A DNA stretch of 64,000 bases, from contig CBDFJQ010000002.1 of assembly GCA_965248575.1 (NCBI GenBank), positions 3,744,001 through 3,808,000 of the forward strand, read 5' to 3'. Numbering within the stretch: the stretch's first letter is position 1; each line of letters begins with the position of its first letter. The notes below the pieces were generated by a model that saw nothing but the letters and a program-made list of their open reading frames with translations, did not search any database and had not been told where the DNA came from. The stretch comes from Planctomycetota bacterium (GTDB lineage Bacteria > Planctomycetota > B15-G4). The position numbers and the translations under genes were made by a program. Below are positions 59,975 through 64,000 of the stretch, in pieces.

Positions 59975-62434
59975 ATGTTTTCGTTGATCCCGCTCGCCGT
60001 CCTTTGCCTCGCCGCGTTGTCGGCCGATCCAACAGAGGACCTGAGCGCGCTCACCGGCGCCTCGATGTCCGAACCGGTGGGTATCGCCTTGCCGCAGAGC
60101 TTCGTCGAGGCAGACGCCGGCTTCATGATGCAAGGCGACGGCCTCGCCGTCTCGCTCGAAACCGGACGCATGCGCTGGATGCTCACTCGCGAAGCAGGTG
60201 AAGCGACCGCGCTCGCCGTCGTGGACATCGAACCTGTTGATGCGCGCCTCGGTGTGGCGCCGGTCGGCGAGCAGCGACTCCCGGGCACCATCAATCGCTT
60301 TCACGGGAGCCCCGACGAGTGGCGTACCGGCCTGCGCACGTTCGCCGCCGTGCGCTATCCCGAACTCTGGGAAGGCGTCGACCTGCTCCTTGAGGCGCAG
60401 GGCGAGACGTTCAAGGGGACCTACGTTGTCGCACCAGGAGCCGACCCTAAGGCGGTGCGTTTGCGCCATCATGGCGCCGACAGCGTGACGATCGACGCCG
60501 AGGGCCGTCTCATCATTCTGACGCCGGCGGGTGAGCTTGTTGATTCGGCGCCGGTGGCTTGGCAAGAGATCCATGGCGAGCGGCGCGACGTGGCGGTGAG
60601 CTTCGCGGTTGAGCCGGCGGACGACGGCGCCGTCGATGTGTCCTTCACCCTCGCCGAGCACGACCCGAGCGTCGCGTTGTGGCTCGACCCCGCCGTGATC
60701 GTGCAGGCGGGCTTCCTTGGGGGCGTCAGCGCCGACTACTGCACGGGGATCGCCGTCGACGAAGACGGTTACGTCTACATCTCGGGCTGGACACTCTCGG
60801 ACGAGGTGACTTTCCCGGTTGTCGTGGGGCCCGAGCTGATCTGGCAGGCGGCGGGAGACCCGTCTCAAGGCGACGCGTTCGTGGCCAAGCTCGATCCCAC
60901 GGGCACCACGCTGATCTACGCGGGCTTCATTGGCGGCACGGAGTTCGATTTCAGCTCAGGCATCGCCGTCGACTCGCTGGGGCGCGCCTACGTAGGTGGT
61001 CACACGCGATCGAGCCCATTGCAGGGGTTCCCCGCCATCGGCGGCCCGTCGCTCGACCAAGCAGGTATCGATGGCTGGGTGGCGCGCGTCTCCAACGACG
61101 GAACCTCTCTCGACTTTTGCGGGTACGTCGGCGGGAACAGTGAGGACCGCGTGTTCGGCATCGACGTGGACGATCAGTTCCGCACGTATCTGGTCGGTCG
61201 CTTCAAGTCGATTGACACCACGCTACCGCTCTTGGTCGGCCCCGACCTCACGCCGCCGGGCGGGCCCACCGACAGCTTCATCGCGCGCCTCTCGCCGAGC
61301 GGCTTGTCCTACGAGTACTGCGGGTACATCGGCGGGAGTTCTTTCGACGACATCACGGAAGTCAAGGCCGACAGCGACGGGAGCGCTGTCTTCGCAGGCT
61401 GGACGGGCTCGACCGACTTTCCGCTCGTCGGCGGGTTGGGGGGCACGTACCTCGCCGGAGCCGACACGGTGGTGGGGCGCGTGTCGCCGGGCGGATCGAC
61501 GCTTCTCTGGAGCGGCATGATCAGCAGTGCGAGCACCGACGTCCCGGGCTCCCTTGCGCTCGACTCAAGCGGCGCGGTGTATGTGGCCGGCGCGACCGTC
61601 GACTCGTCGACCTTCCCGGTGTTCGTTGGGCCCGAGCTCGTGCCGGGTGGTTCGACCGACGGGTTCGTGTTCAAGGTTGCGCCGGACGGGCAGAGTTACG
61701 AATGGTCGGGGTTCACTGGAACGGGTTTCTCCGGGTCTGTCTTTGTCGACGACGACGACACGGTCTGGGTCGTCACGCCAAAGAACGATGGCGGACCCAC
61801 CGACCATCAGTCGACGCTCGCGCGCGTCGAACCGTCGGGCGCCAGCTACGACTTGATCGAAACGCTCACGCCACCGGGCGTGACGGTCGGCTTCATGGCT
61901 CAAGTGCCGGCTTCCCTCACGCCGCCTGATTCGCTCGACTTCTGGTTCGGCTCGACCACGAGTCTCGACGAGAGTGTTGTGCCTGTCGTCTCGGGGCCGG
62001 ACGTCACAGCCAACGGTGACTTCGACGTTCTTGTCATGCGCATCCGTATCTCGCTCACGGATGGCCCGTGGAGCGATGAGGGCTGCGCGCTCGCTGGCTT
62101 CGCCGGTGACCCCGTGCTCGTTGGGTCCGGTGATCTCAGCGCGGGGAGCAGTAACAGCCTTGAGCTGAGCAATGCCCTGCCGAGTTCGACGATGGCCATG
62201 TTCTTCGGGTTCACGAACACGCCGACATTCTTCTATGGGGGCACGCTCAAGCCCGTGCCGTGGACCACCTTGTTGTTCACCACGACCACAGCCGGCGGCG
62301 GTCTCACTCTGCCTTTCGTGATGCCAGCGGGCGTGCCGGCGAGTACGGAGCTTTGGTTGCAGGCGGCGATCCAAGACGTGACGGCCGTGGCGGGTGTCTC
62401 GATCAGCAATGCGCTGCTTGGAGTCACGCCGTAG
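59975..62434 (+). CDS. Secreted SBBP beta-propeller repeat protein
   Basis: GGAGA RBS; signal peptide; VRYPELWEGVDL...VAPGADP N-domain; repeated GIAVD..G..Y..G.T.S and DAFVAKL blades; C-terminal ~120-aa tail ending SNALLGVTP. Confidence 0.88.
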   Translation: MFSLIPLAVLCLAALSADPTEDLSALTGASMSEPVGIALPQSFVEADAGFMMQGDGLAVSLETGRMRWMLTREAGEATALAVVDIEPVDARLGVAPVGEQRLPGTINRFHGSPDEWRTGLRTFAAVRYPELWEGVDLLLEAQGETFKGTYVVAPGADPKAVRLRHHGADSVTIDAEGRLIILTPAGELVDSAPVAWQEIHGERRDVAVSFAVEPADDGAVDVSFTLAEHDPSVALWLDPAVIVQAGFLGGVSADYCTGIAVDEDGYVYISGWTLSDEVTFPVVVGPELIWQAAGDPSQGDAFVAKLDPTGTTLIYAGFIGGTEFDFSSGIAVDSLGRAYVGGHTRSSPLQGFPAIGGPSLDQAGIDGWVARVSNDGTSLDFCGYVGGNSEDRVFGIDVDDQFRTYLVGRFKSIDTTLPLLVGPDLTPPGGPTDSFIARLSPSGLSYEYCGYIGGSSFDDITEVKADSDGSAVFAGWTGSTDFPLVGGLGGTYLAGADTVVGRVSPGGSTLLWSGMISSASTDVPGSLALDSSGAVYVAGATVDSSTFPVFVGPELVPGGSTDGFVFKVAPDGQSYEWSGFTGTGFSGSVFVDDDDTVWVVTPKNDGGPTDHQSTLARVEPSGASYDLIETLTPPGVTVGFMAQVPASLTPPDSLDFWFGSTTSLDESVVPVVSGPDVTANGDFDVLVMRIRISLTDGPWSDEGCALAGFAGDPVLVGSGDLSAGSSNSLELSNALPSSTMAMFFGFTNTPTFFYGGTLKPVPWTTLLFTTTTAGGGLTLPFVMPAGVPASTELWLQAAIQDVTAVAGVSISNALLGVTP

Positions 62435-62627
62435 GTTGACTTGGGACGGAATCGATGAACTTGCAGTTCACGGCGACGTGCTCTCTGGGCGCGCGTCTTC
62501 GCCGATGGATGATCAATGGCAATCGTTCACGGTGGATATTCGATCGGGCAGGTCTTCTGGAGGATGGCACGACGCGATTGCACCCTCTGGATGGGAAGCC
62601 CTCCGTGATGGCGAGCTCGGCGTATGA
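62435..62627 (+). pseudogene. 3' remnant of a truncated cassette gene
   Basis: Start-less protein-like frame LTWDGIDELAVHGDVLSGRASSPMDDQWQSFTVDIRSG..., stopping 6 bp before a decayed attC. Confidence 0.5.
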
Positions 62628-62633
62628 TGCCCT

Positions 62634-62697
62634 GGCAAACAACCCGTAGCAGACGGACCGGGCTTCACTCAGCCGCTGAACGGCGGATACGTCAGGC
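62634..62697 (+). other. attC site 5 (decayed)
   Basis: GGCAAAC-AACCCGTAGCAGACGGACCGGGCTTCACTCAGCCGCTGAACGGCGGATAC-GTCAGGC aligns end-to-end with attC1 (shared ACGGACCGGGCTTC and GCCGCTGAACGGC). Confidence 0.8.
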
Positions 62698-63164
62698 CAC
62701 TGACGAGCGACCGGCCCCCTCTGGCCCGAGAGTGTCTTGAATCGAGAAAGCATGGCGCCGGGCTGGCTCTCGGGGCCGGGTTCAGGGTCGTGACGCAGGG
62801 CGAGCGTCAGTAGGCAGTACGCGAGACTCATCGCGCTGGAGACGGCAAGCAGGTGTGGCATGGCTCAACTCCCCCAGGGTGTGCGCGCGGCGCGGCGAGT
62901 TGGCCAGGACACAGCGGGTTTTGGAGGCGTGGGTCGTGCTGGTGCTGCGATGTGTTTTGATTGGCCACCAGCTGTGGCTCTTGATGTCTTGCGGAAAATA
63001 GACGGGCGTGTCCATCGCGGGTAGCCTCACGAGCCGTCATCGGGCCATTCCCCGGTGGAAAGGAAGAGATAGGCGGGAAGGAAGAGCTCGTCTCCGATTG
63101 AACCGAAGAGAGCACTTGGCCGTAAGGGTTGGCGGGTCCTTGGAAACACCGTGGGGGCGGGACG

Positions 63165-63914
63165 ATGAGAGGGAGAAAAACCAAGTTGTCGGGTGGCCGG
63201 CGCAGCGCTCCTGCTCAGCTCCAGCAAGCCAATCAGCCGCCCCTTCCGTGGTCCTCGGAGCGTCGCCGAGCTGCGGGCCATGGCAAGTGGGTCGTGCCGT
63301 TCATGTGGTGCAACTGGGTGATGAAGCAAGCTGCGCACGCTCTGGGGCAGCTAGCTGTCTTCAGGCTTCTTGAGTACGCCGGAAAGTCCACGATCTTGAT
63401 TGCTGCCATTCTCTGGGTGGCGGAGTGTGATGACAGGCGACTTCAGGCAGCGGATCAGGCCTGGCGGCTCCTGTCCTCGACAAGTGGAGGTTCGAGAGTC
63501 CGCGCCATGGAGGCGTTGGTAGAGAAAGGGGAAGACATGTTCAGGGTTCGCCTTGTCGATGCGCACCTTGAAGGTGCTCACCTTCCCGGCGCGAAGCTCA
63601 AGGAGGCTGTCTTGTCGGGGGCCATTCTGCGTCAGGCGTGTCTCCAGGGCGCGATGCTGTTCCGTGCGAACCTGTCAGCTGCCGGCCTCTACAAGGCCGA
63701 TCTCTCGGGGGCAGATCTTCGATGGGCTGACCTGAGACGAGCGAATCTCACGGATGCGAATCTCTCCGGGGCTCGGCTCGACTACGCAAAAGTCGGCGGA
63801 GCGACCATGGACCGGGCCGACCTCAGTGGCGCCTCTTTCTCGAATGTGGAATTCTCCAAGCGACAGCAGGAGCTAGTTCAGTGGGAGGCAGAAGACCCCT
63901 CGGTCACTCAATGA
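63165..63914 (+). CDS. Pentapeptide-repeat protein with N-terminal hydrophobic segment
   Basis: A(N/D)LxxA pentapeptide run (AHLEG AHLPG AKLKE AVLSG...ADLSG ADLRW ADLRR ANLTD ANLSG). Confidence 0.85.
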   Translation: MRGRKTKLSGGRRSAPAQLQQANQPPLPWSSERRRAAGHGKWVVPFMWCNWVMKQAAHALGQLAVFRLLEYAGKSTILIAAILWVAECDDRRLQAADQAWRLLSSTSGGSRVRAMEALVEKGEDMFRVRLVDAHLEGAHLPGAKLKEAVLSGAILRQACLQGAMLFRANLSAAGLYKADLSGADLRWADLRRANLTDANLSGARLDYAKVGGATMDRADLSGASFSNVEFSKRQQELVQWEAEDPSVTQ

Positions 63915-64000
63915 GTTCGTAGCTCATTGGCACGGGATGTCTCGGTGCGAGATCAGCACGCGGCTTGTGTCGAGGGTTCGAGGGCGACCCGATGCCGAGT

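Noticed and set aside
62424..63030. Minus-strand ORFs 62424..62861 and 62782..63030
   Set aside because: One has an RBS-like GGGGAG, but neither has a recognisable motif, and the first runs antisense through attC5; support is insufficient.

Overview
This is a high-GC bacterial chromosomal window. It is probably Planctomycetota, inferred from the STK/ECF-sigma module, the sulfatase, the FG-GAP/SBBP/parallel-beta-helix secreted proteins and their C-terminal tails. The housekeeping backbone is hrpA (partial), aroC, a DnaQ-like exonuclease, an RlmL-like THUMP methyltransferase, prc/tsp, MscS, a TIGR00300 protein and a two-component pair, interspersed with many secreted peptidases and hydrolases. 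Four things stand out. (1) A TPR-CHAT caspase-like protease sits head-to-head with a sigma factor / Zn-finger-TPR anti-sigma operon, next to a signal-less subtilase (9.1-17.6 kb). (2) The ORF track splits a TlpA-like selenoprotein that has an in-frame UGA in a UxxC motif and a SECIS-like hairpin (17665-18186). (3) An orphan regulatory island at 18.6-24.1 kb holds an XRE-HTH/SAM-methyltransferase fusion, a histone H1-like basic protein, operator-like repeats and a tandem acidic sigma4-only/ECF sigma pair. (4) An integrase-less integron cassette array has an attI-like site and four attC sites at 53.8-56.3 kb. A fifth, decayed attC and a truncated cassette at 62.4-62.7 kb suggest a 6-kb STK-ECF-beta-propeller module now sits inside the array. 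No tRNA, rRNA, CRISPR array or transposase was recognised. All calls come from motifs read by eye; no database searches were run.
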